From contig CAVXQJ010000001.1 of assembly GCA_963763745.1 (NCBI GenBank), positions 2,431-66,430 on the forward strand: 64,000 bases of DNA. The letters are read 5' to 3'. Positions 21,035-33,230 of the stretch are shown piece by piece. This DNA comes from an uncultured delta proteobacterium (lineage in GTDB: Bacteria; Myxococcota_A; Polyangia; Polyangiales; Polyangiaceae). Under the pieces are notes generated by a model, which had not been told where the DNA came from, did no database searches, and saw only the letters and a list, made by a program, of their open reading frames with translations. A program made the translations under genes and the position numbers. Positions within the stretch are counted from its first letter, which is position 1. Each line of letters begins with the position of its first letter.

Positions 21035-21880
21035 TCAGTCGAAGCCGACGCAGCGCGGCCGTTCGCGCGCGAGTCGCTTCTTGCACGTGCGCACGGCGTC
21101 GAGCGCATCGTCGACGAGGACGAAGCGCCGACCTTCGAGTGTAGCGGCTTCGCCGGTCGTCCCGCTGCCGGCGAAGAAATCCAAGACGACGTCGTTCGGC
21201 TTCGAGTGAACGCGCACGATGCGTCGCAATATTCCGAGCGGCTTTTGCGTCGGGTAACCGGTCTTCTCGCGTCCGCTCGTCGGAACGATCGTGTGCCACC
21301 ACACGTCCGTCGGAGTCTTTCCGCGCGCCGCTTTCTCCGGGCCGACGAGGCCGGGCGCCATGTACGGAATGCGATCGATCGCGTCGTACGCGAACACCCA
21401 GTCGCGCGTGCTCTTCGTGTACCAGAGGATCGAGTCGTGCTTCTGCGGCCAACGCCGCTTTCCGCGACCTCCGTAGTCGTAGGCCCACACGATTTCATTT
21501 TGGAAATGATCGCGACCGATCAAACGATCGAGCGCGACCTTCACGTGATGCACCTCGCGCCAATCGAGGTGCACGAAGAGCGAGCCGTCGTCGGTGAGGC
21601 AGCGAAGCGATGCCTCGATGCGCGGCACGAGGAACGCGAGGTAGTCGTCGAACGCGTCGTCGTACGTGCTCGATTCGATCTTCACCGCGTCGTAGCGCGC
21701 GCCGCCGAATCCGCGCCGCGCGCCCTTCGCGGATTTCTTCACGCGCAATCGCTCGCGTTTTTGGACCATCCCGGTGTTGAACGGCGGATCGATGTAGACG
21801 AGTCGCGCGAACGCAGCGGGCAGCGTCGGGAGCACCTTCGCGCAATCGCCAAAGATGATCGTCGATGGGTAAGATGGCAC
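21035..21880 (-). CDS. site-specific DNA methyltransferase, beta-class amino-MTase (N6-adenine or N4-cytosine); no adjacent restriction enzyme
   Basis: DPPF motif IV precedes FAGSGTT motif I. Intact 281 aa. Confidence 0.8.
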   Translation of the reverse strand: MPSYPSTIIFGDCAKVLPTLPAAFARLVYIDPPFNTGMVQKRERLRVKKSAKGARRGFGGARYDAVKIESSTYDDAFDDYLAFLVPRIEASLRCLTDDGSLFVHLDWREVHHVKVALDRLIGRDHFQNEIVWAYDYGGRGKRRWPQKHDSILWYTKSTRDWVFAYDAIDRIPYMAPGLVGPEKAARGKTPTDVWWHTIVPTSGREKTGYPTQKPLGILRRIVRVHSKPNDVVLDFFAGSGTTGEAATLEGRRFVLVDDALDAVRTCKKRLARERPRCVGFD

Positions 21881-22263
21881 GCGTGGCAGGTTATAGCGGG
21901 ACGCCGCTCGCGCAAAAGCTCGGCATCAAGCCTGGCGGAAGCGTCGATGTCGTGAACGCGCCGCGAGGTTTTGCGCTCGTGAAGAAAAAAGGACGCGCAC
22001 CATTCGACGTCGCGCTGGTCTTCGTCACCAAGCGCGCCGCGCTGAAGAAGACGTTCGCGGCGCAGACGAAGAAGATGACCGAAGCGGGCGGCGTGTGGAT
22101 CGCGTGGCCGAAGAAATCGTCGGGCGTGAAGACCGACGTGACCGAAGATGCGCTTCGCGACGTGATCTTGCCGACGGGCTGGGTGGACAACAAAGTGTGC
22201 GCGATCGACGAGACGTACAGCGGGCTCCGATTCGTGAAGCGCAAAGAGCGACGAAAGCGCTAG
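21865..22263 (+). CDS. DUF3052-like small protein
   Basis: 132-aa ORF containing ...AGYSGTPLAQKLGIKPG.... Its 5' end overlaps the divergent MTase start by ~4-16 nt depending on start choice. Confidence 0.45.
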   Translation: MGKMARVAGYSGTPLAQKLGIKPGGSVDVVNAPRGFALVKKKGRAPFDVALVFVTKRAALKKTFAAQTKKMTEAGGVWIAWPKKSSGVKTDVTEDALRDVILPTGWVDNKVCAIDETYSGLRFVKRKERRKR

Positions 22264-24446
22264 TGCGGAGGGCGGCGGCTCGGCCACCAATTGAAGTCGC
22301 CGAAGAGGCGCATCGCAGCGGGGACGAGCAGCGTGCGCACGATCGTGGCGTCGATCGTGACGGCGATCGCCATGCCGACGCCCATCGCCTTCATCATCAC
22401 GACGCTCGCGAGCGAGAACGCGGCGAACACGCTCACCATGATCGCCGCTGCGCTCGTGATCAAACGCCCGCTTCGCGCGAGACCCTCCGTCACCGCGCGC
22501 GCGTTGTCTCCGCTCGCGAGGTACTCCTCTTGGATGCGACTGAGGAGCAGCACCTCGTAGTCCATCGACAAACCGAACACGACGCAGAAGAGGAGCACGG
22601 GCAGCGTTGGCTCGACGGGGCCCGGCTCGAACTGCAACAGCGACGCGAGGTGGCCCTCTTGGAAAATCCAAACGAGCGCACCGAACGACGCCGCGATGGA
22701 CAAGAGATTCGTGATGACCGCCTTGAGCGGGAGCACGACGGATTGAAAGAGCAGAAAGAGAATGAGGTACGTGAGGAGCGCGACGTACGCGACGGCCGCG
22801 GGGGTGTGCTCGGCGAAGAACGCGTTCGTGTCGACGTCCACCGCGGAGAGTCCGCCGACGAGGAGCGTCCCATCACCGACGCTTCGATCGCGGCGAATCG
22901 CGTGAACGGCTTGTCGTGCTTCGTGCGTGCGGGGCGCGCCCTTCGTCTGCGCCATCATGATGTGCGTGCCGCCGCCGGAGAGATGCTCGAGCGCGGTCTT
23001 GACGTCGATGGCGCGAAGCTCCGGCGGCAGGGCGAGGATCTTGTCGGCTTGCTCGGGCGGAAGCGTCGGATCGAAATCGAAGAGACTGTCGACTTGAACG
23101 ACGCCGCGCAGCGCGGCGATGCGATCGCGGAGCGTGCGAAGCGCGTGGATGCGCGCTTCGGACAAATCCGCCGACGGAAACTTCGCGACGACGAGAATTC
23201 GGTTGTTCGACTGCGCGGGAAAATCCGCGAGCACGCGCTCGTAGGTCGCGCGCGCTTCCGTTTTCATCGGGAGGACCCCGACGAACGCGCTCGCCGTGTC
23301 GAGCCGCAAAAACGGAAGACCGAGCACGAGCACGAGCGCCAGCGTGGGCAAGAGGACGACGAGCGGTCGCGCCATCACGCGCGGAACGATCTTTCGCCAG
23401 AGCGATCCATCGGCGTGTTTCCGACTGCCGAACGAGCCCGCGTCGACGCGCTTGCCGAGGAGCGCGAGCACCGACGGGAGAAGCGTGAGCGCGGACGCGA
23501 CGGAAAAAATCACGACGATCGCGCCCGCGACGCCGATCGACGACATGTACGAGTGCTTGAAGAAGAGAAGACCCGAGATGCCGACGGCCGCGGCGAGCCC
23601 GCTCCCGAGCACGGCGTGTCCCGCGGTCGACATCGCGATCTCGGTCGCGCGCTCGGGGGACGCGCCGTTCGCGAGCTCTTCGCGGAAACGACTCGTGTAG
23701 AAGAGCGAGTAGTCGATCGCGAGACCAAGCCCGATGAGCGACGCGACGTTCAGCGTGTACTCGGGCATGTCCGTGAAGCGCGATAGTTGCAAAATGCACG
23801 CAATCGCGGAGAGCACCGAAAGCGCGCCAACGACGACGGGGAGCGTCGCGGCCACCAAGCTGCGAAACACGAAGACGAGGACGAAGAGCGCGAGCGGCAA
23901 GCTCACGAGCTCGGCGACGAGCAGATCCGAGTGCAGCGTGTCGTCGAGGTCGACGCGGTATTTGACCTCGCCCGTGTACGCGACGCGGAACGGGCCGGGC
24001 TTGATCTCGTCGCGGAGCGTCGGAAACGCCTTCTTCGCGTCGGTGATGTTGCCGCGCATCGTGACGACCGCGAGCGCCGCATGCTTGTCCGCAGAGACGA
24101 GCGCGTCGCCGATTCGCGCGGGCGCTTCGACGGGCGACAGCACGCTCGCGACGTGCGGATCGTGCTCGAGCGGCGCGAGCGACTTGCCCATCGCTTCGTA
24201 GAAATCGGGATCGTCCGTCGTGAGCTTGTCGCTCCGGAACATCGCGATGACCGCAGGACCCGACAGATCACCGAGCGCGGCCTGGGCTGCGTCGGCGGCT
24301 TTCGTCGATTCGAGATCCGCGAGCGTTCCCGTCGTGAGGACACCGCCGCGAAAAAGGCCGAGCGCGCCCACCGCGAGCGCAACGATGCAACACGCGAGCA
24401 CGGCCACGCGATGCCGAAAAACGAAGCGACCCCATGCCGCGAGCAT
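22260..24446 (-). CDS. MMPL-family RND-type transporter
   Basis: Intact 728 aa with two sets of about six TM helices and MMPL-type periplasmic loops. Confidence 0.85.
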   Translation of the reverse strand: MLAAWGRFVFRHRVAVLACCIVALAVGALGLFRGGVLTTGTLADLESTKAADAAQAALGDLSGPAVIAMFRSDKLTTDDPDFYEAMGKSLAPLEHDPHVASVLSPVEAPARIGDALVSADKHAALAVVTMRGNITDAKKAFPTLRDEIKPGPFRVAYTGEVKYRVDLDDTLHSDLLVAELVSLPLALFVLVFVFRSLVAATLPVVVGALSVLSAIACILQLSRFTDMPEYTLNVASLIGLGLAIDYSLFYTSRFREELANGASPERATEIAMSTAGHAVLGSGLAAAVGISGLLFFKHSYMSSIGVAGAIVVIFSVASALTLLPSVLALLGKRVDAGSFGSRKHADGSLWRKIVPRVMARPLVVLLPTLALVLVLGLPFLRLDTASAFVGVLPMKTEARATYERVLADFPAQSNNRILVVAKFPSADLSEARIHALRTLRDRIAALRGVVQVDSLFDFDPTLPPEQADKILALPPELRAIDVKTALEHLSGGGTHIMMAQTKGAPRTHEARQAVHAIRRDRSVGDGTLLVGGLSAVDVDTNAFFAEHTPAAVAYVALLTYLILFLLFQSVVLPLKAVITNLLSIAASFGALVWIFQEGHLASLLQFEPGPVEPTLPVLLFCVVFGLSMDYEVLLLSRIQEEYLASGDNARAVTEGLARSGRLITSAAAIMVSVFAAFSLASVVMMKAMGVGMAIAVTIDATIVRTLLVPAAMRLFGDFNWWPSRRPPH

Positions 24447-24483
24447 CCGGAGACAGTGATTACCACGGACGCGGATTGCTCCG

Positions 24484-27400
24484 ATGCGTCAGGCGCAGTA
24501 CGCAAGGTGGTCCATGGCGTTGCCCACGTTGACGGCGTTCGAGTCGACCTCCGCCGAAGCGCGCATCGCGCGCGTGCGGGAGTTTCTCGCGGAGCGCGGG
24601 CGCGCTTCGGACGTCGTCGTCGTCGGGCCGCGCAAGGATGCGCTCGCGGACGTAGTGCGCGCGGCGGCGCACGAACAAGGCGCCGTGTTCGGTTGGCAGC
24701 GCGTGACGTTCGCGCGGCTGGCAGGGACGCTCGCGGCGCCCGCGCTCGCGACGCGCGGGCTCGTTCCGATCGGCGCGCTCGGCACCGAAGCGCTGTGCGC
24801 GCGGCTCGTTCATCGCGCGAAGGGGCGCGGCGAGCTCGAGCGGCTCGCGCCGATCGCGCATTTTCCCGGATTGCCGAAGGCGCTCGCGCGGACGATCGAA
24901 GAAGCGCGTCTCGCGCGCGTCGACATCGCGATGCTCGGCGATTCGCCCGATGTCGCGAGGCTGATGCAGCCGTTCGTCGACTTGCTCGCCGAAGCGAAGC
25001 TCGCCGATCGCGCGGCCGTGCTCGAAGCGGCGCTCGCGCGCGCAAAGAACCCCGCGCCGCACGCGCTCCTCGACCGATCGACGGCGTTCTTCGACGTGGC
25101 GATCGAGTCTCAGCTCGAAGCGGAGCTGCTCGAAGCGCTCGCGGCGCGCGCGAAGGGCGCCATCATCACGATCCCGCGCGGCGACGAGGGCACGCTCGCG
25201 CGCGTTCGCGCGATGACCACCATCGAGCGCATCGCGCCGCGCGGCGCGCCCACCGCGATCCAAGAGCAGCTCTTCTCCGAGCGCGCGGACATGCGCGCGC
25301 CGGGCGAGGCGCTCACCATGTTCTCCGCGCCGGGCGAGAATCGAGAATGCGTGGAAATTGCACGCATCGCGAAGGCGGAGGCCGAGCGCGGCACGCGCTT
25401 CGATCGCATGGCGGTCCTCCTGCGCGCGCCGAGTCGTTATCGCGCGCATCTCGAGGAAGCGTTTCGTCGCGCGGCGATCCCGGCGCACTTCGCGCGAGGA
25501 ACTGCGCGTCCGGACGCATCGGGTCGCGCGCTGCTCGCGCTCCTCGCGTGCAAGCTCGAAGCGCTCTCGGCGATGCGCTTCGCCGAGTACATGTCGCTCG
25601 GAGAAATTCCGCGCGCGGATCCGCTCGGCGCGCCGCCTCCCGCGAAGGACGCAGCCGATCGTTGGGTGCCACCCGACTCGGACGTCGTCGCGGACGCGGT
25701 GTCGCGCGCCGCATTCGAGGAGGGCGAAGACGACGAAGGACCCGAAGAGGGACCCGTCGAGCACGGAACGCTTCGCGCGCCGCGCTTGTGGGAGCACCTC
25801 ATCGTCGACGCGGCCGTCATCGAAGACAAATCGCGTTGGAAGACGCGGCTCGAAGGGCTCGATCGCGAGCTCCACGCCGATCTCGAGAACGCGCGTCGCT
25901 TCGCGGAAGAAAAAGTCGCGGGCTACGAGCGATCCATCGACGCGCTCCAGAGCCTGCGCGATTTCGCGCTCCCGCTCCTCGACGAGCTCGACGCGCTCCC
26001 CGCGCGCGCGACATGGGGCGAATGGATCGAAGCGCTCTCGGTCCTCGCGAGCCGCGCGCTTCGCAAGCCGACGCGCGTGCAAGCCGCGCTCGCGGAGCTC
26101 GAGCCGATGGCCGAGGTCGGCCCGATCGATTTGCGCGAGGTGCGTCTCGTACTCGAACAGCGCTTGACCGACGTGATCGATCCGCCGAGCGGATCGCGTT
26201 ACGGAAAATTGTTCATCGCAACGCCGGACGAAGCGCGCGGCATGGACTTCGACGTGGTCTTCGTTCCCGGGCTCGCGGAGAAAATGTTTCCGCAGAAGGT
26301 CATCGAAGATCCGATTTTGCCGGACGCCGCGCGCGCGAATGCGCCGCTCCGAAAAAACGAAGAGCGATCCGCAGGCGAGCGCCTCGCGCTCCGGCTCGCG
26401 GTGGGCGCCGCGTCGCGGCGCATCGTCGCGAGCTATCCGCGGCTCGACGTCGATCAAGCGCGACCGCGCACGCCGTCGTTCTACGCGCTCGAGCTCATTC
26501 GCGCGGCGGAGGGCACGCTACCCGGATTCGACGATCTCGCGCGGCGCGCATCGAGCGCGAGCGTCGCGCATTGGTTGGCCCGCTCCGCTCGATGCGAAGG
26601 ACGCGATCGACGACGCCGAGTACGACCTCGCGATCCTCGAGCGCATCTTGCAGCGGCCCGCGCAAGAGACGGTGGGCGCCGCGCGCTACTTGCTCGGCGC
26701 GAATCCGCACCTCGGACGCGCCCTTCGATTCCGCGCGGAGCGTTGGAACAACCTCCGTTGGTACAAGAGCCGATGGCCTCGTTCATCCGACCGCCGCCGC
26801 GCACGAGCGCGCTCAAGAAGCACGACATCTCCGCGCGATCCTTCTCGCCGACGGCGCTGCAGAATTTCGCGTCGTGTCCGTATCGCTTCTTGCTCCAAGC
26901 GGTGCACAGGCTCGCGCCGCGCGAAGAGCCCGCGCCGCTCGAGGACATCGATCCGCTCCAGCGCGGATCGATCATGCACGAAGCGCAGTTCGAGACGCTC
27001 GTTGCGCTGCGCGCGGAGAACCTCTTGCCCGTCACGATGTCGAACATGTCCGCCGCGCGCACCGTGCTCGATCGCGCGACCGCGGGCGTCGCCTCGCGCT
27101 ACATGGACGATTCGAAACCGGCGATCCCGCGCGTCTGGGAAGACGGCATCGCGCGCATTCGCGCGGATCTCGCCGAGTGGCTGCGGCGCATGGCGACGGA
27201 AGACGACGAGCGCGTGTGGACGCCCGCGCACTTCGAGCTCTCGTTCGGTCTCGCGAAGGAACGTCGCGAGCAACAAGATCCGCGGAGCTCCGAAGAGCCC
27301 GTTGCGCTCGATTGCGGAATCAAGCTTCGCGGATCGATCGATCTCGTCGAGCGTCGCGCGCGCGACGGTTGGCTCCGCGCGACGGATCACAAACGGGCAA

Positions 27401-27774
27401 GGTGCGCGCGGACGAGAGCGACCGTCATCGGCGGCGGCGAAGACGCTCCAGCCGGTGCTCTACGCGCTCGCGATCGAGAAATTGTTCGGCCGGGCTCGAC
27501 GGTGTGGGGCGGGCGCCTCTACTACTGCACGTCGGCAGGCGACTACACGTCCGTGCCGATTCCGCTCGACGCAGGCGCGCGCGAAGACGCGAAGCTCGTC
27601 GCCGAGACGGTGCACGACGCGATCGATCGCGGATTTCTCCCCGCCGCTCCCGCGAAGGGCGAGTGCCAGTGGTGCGACTACGCGCGCGTGTGCGGCCCGT
27701 ACGAAGAGTCGCGCGTCGCAAAGAAACCCGCGAAGGACATCGTCCCGCTCCAGCGACTCCGGGAGCGCGCATGA
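24484..27774 (+). pseudogene. addB: AddB-like helicase-nuclease subunit (inactive helicase, C-terminal PD-(D/E)xK nuclease with Fe-S cysteines), about 5 frameshifts
   Basis: Long ORF with a frame excursion at 26575-26760 (the sequence moves into frame of ORF 26339.. and back). Three shifts within ~100 nt near 27400-27500 (TDHK|TGKVRADE|[17 protein letters not shown]|[13 protein letters not shown]). C-terminal [10 protein letters not shown] cluster. The stop overlaps the next start. Confidence 0.7.
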
Positions 27775-30700
27775 CGACCACACGACTCGTCGATCAAGAC
27801 GCGCGCGACGCGATTCGCGGCGAGCTCGACGCGACGCTCGTCGTCGAAGCCGCGGCGGGCACGGGAAAGACGACGGAGCTCGTCGCGCGCATGCTCGCGC
27901 TCCTCACGAGCGGCAAAGCGACGCTCACGTCGATGGTCGCGGTGACGTTCACCGAAAAGGCCGCGGGCGAGATGAAGCTCCGCCTCCGCACGGAGATCGA
28001 GACGCGCGCGCGCGTCGGCGACCGACGAAGTCCGCGCGCGTCTCGATCGCGCGCTCGCCGAGCTCGAGGCCGCGCACATCGGGACGATCCACGCGTTCTG
28101 CGCCGAGCTCCTCCGCGAGCGGCCCGTCGAGGCGCGCGTCGATCCGCTCTTCGATGGCGGCCGACGAGGCGAGCAAGAGCGCCTCTTCGACGAAGCGTTC
28201 GAGCGATTCGTTCCAGCGCGAGCTCGCAAGATCCACGCGAGGGCGTTCGGCGCATGCTGCGAAAGCGTTATCGCGAGCGCGAATCGGGAGGCCCCCGCGA
28301 TTTGCTCCGCCGCGCGGGGCTTGCAGCTCGTCGAGCAGCGCGACTTCGATCACCCGTGGCGGCGCGATCCATTCGATCGCAGCGGCGAGCTCGACGCGAT
28401 CGTCACGCGTCTCGCGCGAGCTCGTCGCAGCTCGTGGGCACGCCGCGCTCGACAAGACGACGTGGCTCGCGCAGAACCTCCTCGACGTCAGACGCGCATC
28501 GGTCGATCGCGCAGCGAGCATCGAGCGCGAGCGCGAGCGCGAGATCGCGGCGGCGACGCGCGACTACGACGGGCTCGAAGCGGAGCTCCGAACGCTCTCG
28601 CGCGTGCGCACGTGGAAGTGGAAGTCGGCGGGCCGAAGCAGTTCGCGCAAGGGCGTCTCGCGAAACAGACCGTCATCGACGAGCGCGACGCCGTGCGCGC
28701 GGAGCTCGAGAGCGTCTCGCAGCGCGCCGACGCCGATCTCGCCGCGTGCCTCCGCCACGAGCTCGCGCCGCTCGTCGACGGGCTACGAGCGACGTGAAGC
28801 GCAAGCGCGGCAAGCTCGACTTTCTCGATCTGCTCCTCGACGACGCGCGACATGCTCGTCACGAGACGCGAAGGCGCGCGTCGGAGCTGCAAGCGCGCTT
28901 CACGCACCTCCTCGTCGACGAGTTCCAGGACACCGATCCGCTCCAGGCCGAGATTCTGCTTCTCCTCGCGGCCGACGATCCACCGAGCGAGACGATCGCT
29001 GCGCGTGCGCGCCGTCGCCCGGCAAGCTCTTCGTCGTCGGCGATCCGAAGCAGTCGATCTACCGCTTCCGCCGCGCCGACGTGACGCTCTACGAGCGCGT
29101 CAAGCGGCAGCTCCTCGCGCAGGGCGCGCGGCTCCTGCACCTCACGACGAGCTTCCGCAGCGCGCCGGCGATCCAGAGCGCGGTGAACGCGGCGTTCGCG
29201 CCGCGCATGCAGGGCAGCGAGGACGGCAGCCAGGCCGAGTACGTCGCGCTCGAGCCATTCCGCGGAGGACCCGACGGACAGCCGACGCTCGTCGCGCTGC
29301 CCGTGCCGCGCCCGTACTCGACGAATACGGCAAGGTCGCGCAGTGGCAAGTCGAGCGAGTCGCTGCCCGACGCGGTGCGCGCGCGTTCGTCGATTGGCTC
29401 GTGCGCGAGAGCGGGTGGACGGTCGCGACGGAACGTGCGGGCGCGCGTTCCGATCGAAGCGCGCCACGTGTGCCTTCTCTTCCGCCGCTTCGTGAGCTTC
29501 GGCGACGACGTGACGCGCGCCGTACGTGCGCGCGCTCGAGGCGCGGCGCGTCCCGCACGTGCTCGTCGGCGGCCGCTCGTTTCACAAGCGCGAAGAGGTG
29601 GTCGCGCTGACGCAACGCGCTCGCCGCGATCGAGTGGCCCGACGACGAGCTCTCCGTCTTCGCGACCCTGCGCGGGCCGTTCTTCGCGCTCGCCGACGAC
29701 GCGCTCCTCGCTTTATCGCGCGCGCCATCGCGTCGCTCCGCCCGACGCACATCGACCCGATGAGCTCGACGAGCTGACGAAGCCTGTCGCCGAAGCGCTG
29801 GCGATCTTGCGCGAGCTCCACATCGCGGACGAAATCGCCGGCCGATCGCCGACACGATCGCGCGAGCTCCTCGACGCGACGCGCGCGCACGCGGGCATCG
29901 CGATTTGGCCGACGGGCGAGCAAGCGCTCGCGAACCTGCTCCGCGTGCTCGACGTCGCGCGCCGATTCGAAGCCGCGGGCGCGACGAGCTTCCGCGCGTT
30001 CGTCGTGCGCCTCGAGGAGGAGGCCGAGCGCGGCGGCGCGCGCGGAGGCGCCCGTCGTCGAAGAGGGCACCGAAGGCGTGCGCATCATGACCGTGCACAA
30101 AGCGAAGGGCCTCGAGTTCCCCGTCGTCGTGCTCGTGGATCCGACGTGCTCGCCGACGTCGAGCAAGCCGTCGCGCTGCGCTCGATCCGGAGCAAAGAAA
30201 TTGTGGGCGACGCCGCTCGACGGGTGCACGCCGATCGAGCTCATCGAGCGTCGCGAGAGGTCCTCCGTCACGACGAAGAGGAAGCCGTGCGGCTCACGTA
30301 CGTCGCGGCGACGCGCGCGCGCGATCTGCTCGTCGTGCCGGTCGTCGGCGACGAAGGGATCGATCCCGGTTGGTGGCTCGCACCGCTCGGACCTGCCGTG
30401 TATCCGCGCCCGGACGATTGGCGCGGCGCGCATCCCGCGCCGGGGTGCCCGACGTTCGGCGACGACTCGGTCCTCGAACGTCCGCAAAAAACGGAGCGCG
30501 ACAAACGCAGCGCGGTGCGCCCGGGTCTTCACGTTCCGCAAGCGGGCCATCACGCCGTCGTGTGGTGGGATCCGCGCGCGCTCAAGCTCACCGCGGCGCA
30601 GGACGCGGGGCTCAGGCAGCAGAGAATCTTGGCGGTGGACGAAGCGAGCGGACGCGACGCGGAGAGCGAGCGCGAGCACGACGCGTGGCGCACGAAGCGG

Positions 30701-31261
30701 CAAGAAGCGATCGATCGCGGCAAGGAGCCGACGCATCGCGTGGAGATCGTGACGACGCGGAGCAAGCTCGGTGGGCCCGTTTCGCTCTTGCCCGTCGCGA
30801 TCCTCCGCACCGACGCGGAGCGCGCAGGGCGTCCACGCGGAAAATCGTTCGGCGTGCTCGTTCACGCGGTGCTCGCGGAGGTCGCGTTCGACGCGAAGGA
30901 CGACGCGCTCGCCGCGGTCGCGCACGTTCAAGGTCGCATGCTCGGCGCGAGCGACGGCGACGTGAAGCACGCGATGCTCGCCGCGCGCGCCGCGCTCGCT
31001 CATCCCATCGTGCGCGAAGCCGCCGCCACGGAGCACCGCCGCGAGTCGCCGATTCTCCTCCGCGAGCCGGACGGCACGCTCGTCGAAGGCGTGCTCGACC
31101 TCGCGTTTCGACGCGGCGAAAAATGGATCATCGTCGACTTCAAGACGGACCACGAGCTCGCGGACGCGAAGGCCGCATACGAGGCGCAAGTTCGTCTCTA
31201 CGCGCGCGCCGTGTCCGAGGCGACGGGCGCGGAGGCCGAAGCCGCGCTTCTTCTCGTGTGA
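27772..31261 (+). pseudogene. addA: AddA/UvrD-like helicase-nuclease subunit A, about 8-10 frameshifts
   Basis: Walker [13 protein letters not shown], motif Ia FTEKAAGEM, motif [15 protein letters not shown], motif [19 protein letters not shown], motif V/VI TVHKAKGLEFPVV. C-terminal nuclease block IIVDFKTD...YEAQVRLYARA. Pieces are distributed over all three forward frames (ORFs 23787.., 26339.., 30078..). Confidence 0.75.
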
Positions 31262-31738
31262 TCAGAACGTCGCGCCGACCATCAACCCGGCTCCGCTTCG
31301 CAGCGGAAGCGGCGTGACGCGCACGCTCTTGTCGAGCACGAGCACCTTCTTCTTCGACAAGAGCCCGTACCAGAGCCAAACGGTGCCGACGGTCTGGAAG
31401 AAACCGTCGGCGACGAGCGTGACCACCGTCATCGGGCTGAGAGCGCCCGACGCGCAGCACGTTGCGGCGCCGAGCGCGATGAATGGACCGACGACCGGCA
31501 CGTAGAGCAACCCGAGCTCGGGGACGTTCTGCGCGACGCCGAACGTCGCCGCCGTCGCCGACACGACGTACGGAATGCCGAAGAGCAGCGCGCCGCCGAT
31601 GATGTCGCGCTTGCGCATGCGCTCCTCGACGCGAAATCCCGGCGGCGGCGGATCGCCCGGCTGCCAATCGTCGTCGGCGCGCGCGGTCGCTGCGATCGCG
31701 AAGGCGCACCCAAAAGCGACGAACGCCGTGAATCGCAT
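31262..31738 (-). CDS. hypothetical secreted/membrane protein
   Basis: Internal ATG gives signal peptide MRFTAFVAFGCAFAIAATARA. 158 aa, hydrophobic. Confidence 0.4.
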   Translation of the reverse strand: MRFTAFVAFGCAFAIAATARADDDWQPGDPPPPGFRVEERMRKRDIIGGALLFGIPYVVSATAATFGVAQNVPELGLLYVPVVGPFIALGAATCCASGALSPMTVVTLVADGFFQTVGTVWLWYGLLSKKKVLVLDKSVRVTPLPLRSGAGLMVGATF

Positions 31739-31808
31739 CGATGCATTTCGGCAACGAGAGGAAGATCTTCGCCATCGCCACGTAGACAGGCGCGGAGGCA
31801 ATCTTCAA

Positions 31809-33140
31809 ATGCGTCATTCCAAGCTTCTCGCGAGCGGCGGCCTGCTCGCCTTCGCTTTTGCGTGTGCGGTCAACAACACGAACGGCGATCCGCTCGCGGA
31901 TACGACCGTGCGCGCGCAGGGCACGATCACCCTCGGCGCGTCGCACTCGCCCGGCTCGAGCACCGTCTCGCCGAGCGTCTCCGTGTCGTTCGTGCCGGAC
32001 ACGAGCGCGACGATGACCGTGTGCGGACAAACCGCAATCGACACGTGCACCGTCATTCAAGCTCCCGACTGCAAAGACCTCGGATGCAAAGTCGGCGAGA
32101 CGTGCGGATGGGACTCGTCGTCGTGCAGCGCCGCGTGCGTTCCGGCGTGCACGCTCTCGTGCGGCGACAACCAGAAGTGCTCGATGGGCGGCGACGGCTC
32201 GATGAGCTGCGTCGCGATTCAAACGTTCGACGCGGGACCGATCGCGTTCTCCGGAACGAACATGCCGATCGCCGTGTATCCGCCGTACGCGTGGAAAGGC
32301 ACCGACGAAGGCTCGCCCTTCGTCCCCGGCGCCTCGATCCGCGTTCAAGCGACGGGCCCGACCGCTGCGGGCTTCGCCGCATTCGATGTGTCGTTCAACG
32401 CGACGACGCTCCTCGAAGCGAACCCGTCGCTCGACACGCTCAACCTCGACGACGTCTTCGGCACGAGCGATCTCGGGCTCGGTTGGGTTCCCGGAAAAGA
32501 CCGCATCTACATTCTCGCGACTGGCGCTGGAGCGAGCGCGAAGTGCCTCGCGGACGACACGACTGGATCGTTCACGCTTCCGCGCTCCGTCATCGACGCC
32601 GTCATCGGAGGCACGGGCGTGAACGCGCTCTCGCTCTCCATTCAGCGTTGGAAAATCGATCGCCACCAAGACGCGAAGACCGTCGGCGCGCTCGACTCGC
32701 AGACGATTCAAAGCAAGGCGTGGCTCGATCTCGTCACGACCTCGACCGAATCGATCGCGCTCCAAGCGTGCAAGACGAACGAGACCTCGTGCGGAACGAA
32801 GTGCGTGAGCACGAGCTCCGACCCGAACAACTGCGGCGGTTGCGGAAACTCGTGCAACGGCAAGGCATGCGTGAACGGGAGCTGCTCGACGTCGAGCGGC
32901 GGAACGTGCACGTCGTGCGAGGCGACCGCGAACAGCGGAACGTGCTCGTCCGAGTTCGCGTCGTGCACGGGTCAGTGCCAGAGCCTGCTCTCGTGCGTGA
33001 ACGGATGCGCGGGAAACACGACGTGCTTGAGCAGCTGCTACAGCTCGTATCCGAGCGGGCAAACCGCGTTCGACAACTACTACGCGTGCCTCTGCGGCAG
33101 CGCGTGCACGACGGAGTGCGCGACGACGTGTGGCCAGTAA
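31809..33140 (+). CDS. secreted cysteine-rich protein (C-terminal CxxC / CGGCGNSCNG-type repeats)
   Basis: ATG at 31809 inside track ORF 31575..33140. Signal peptide MRHSKLLASGGLLAFAFACA, then about 40 cysteines arranged in repeated C-x-x-C blocks. Confidence 0.6.
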   Translation: MRHSKLLASGGLLAFAFACAVNNTNGDPLADTTVRAQGTITLGASHSPGSSTVSPSVSVSFVPDTSATMTVCGQTAIDTCTVIQAPDCKDLGCKVGETCGWDSSSCSAACVPACTLSCGDNQKCSMGGDGSMSCVAIQTFDAGPIAFSGTNMPIAVYPPYAWKGTDEGSPFVPGASIRVQATGPTAAGFAAFDVSFNATTLLEANPSLDTLNLDDVFGTSDLGLGWVPGKDRIYILATGAGASAKCLADDTTGSFTLPRSVIDAVIGGTGVNALSLSIQRWKIDRHQDAKTVGALDSQTIQSKAWLDLVTTSTESIALQACKTNETSCGTKCVSTSSDPNNCGGCGNSCNGKACVNGSCSTSSGGTCTSCEATANSGTCSSEFASCTGQCQSLLSCVNGCAGNTTCLSSCYSSYPSGQTAFDNYYACLCGSACTTECATTCGQ

Positions 33141-33230
33141 ACCGCTACGGCTTGTTCTTGGCATCCTCGGCATGGCTGACGTTCCCCGCGAGCGATCATC
33201 CAAGGCACAATCTCAGCTAAGTTGTGATGT

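Noticed and set aside
21035-21880. Restriction-modification system
   Set aside because: Only a methyltransferase is present. No endonuclease, specificity subunit or helicase partner is found nearby.
23787-31261. Giant forward ORFs of 1765 and 1640 aa
   Set aside because: These are out-of-frame read-throughs that happen to contain, in patches, the real AddB and AddA segments. Most of their translation is RRAR-type low complexity. They are not single genes.
31140-33203. 687-aa reverse ORF and similar long reverse ORFs at 34883-35788, 37542-39869, 42995-44164 and 44613-45494
   Set aside because: Each is antisense to a gene with clear family motifs and translates to Arg-rich low complexity.
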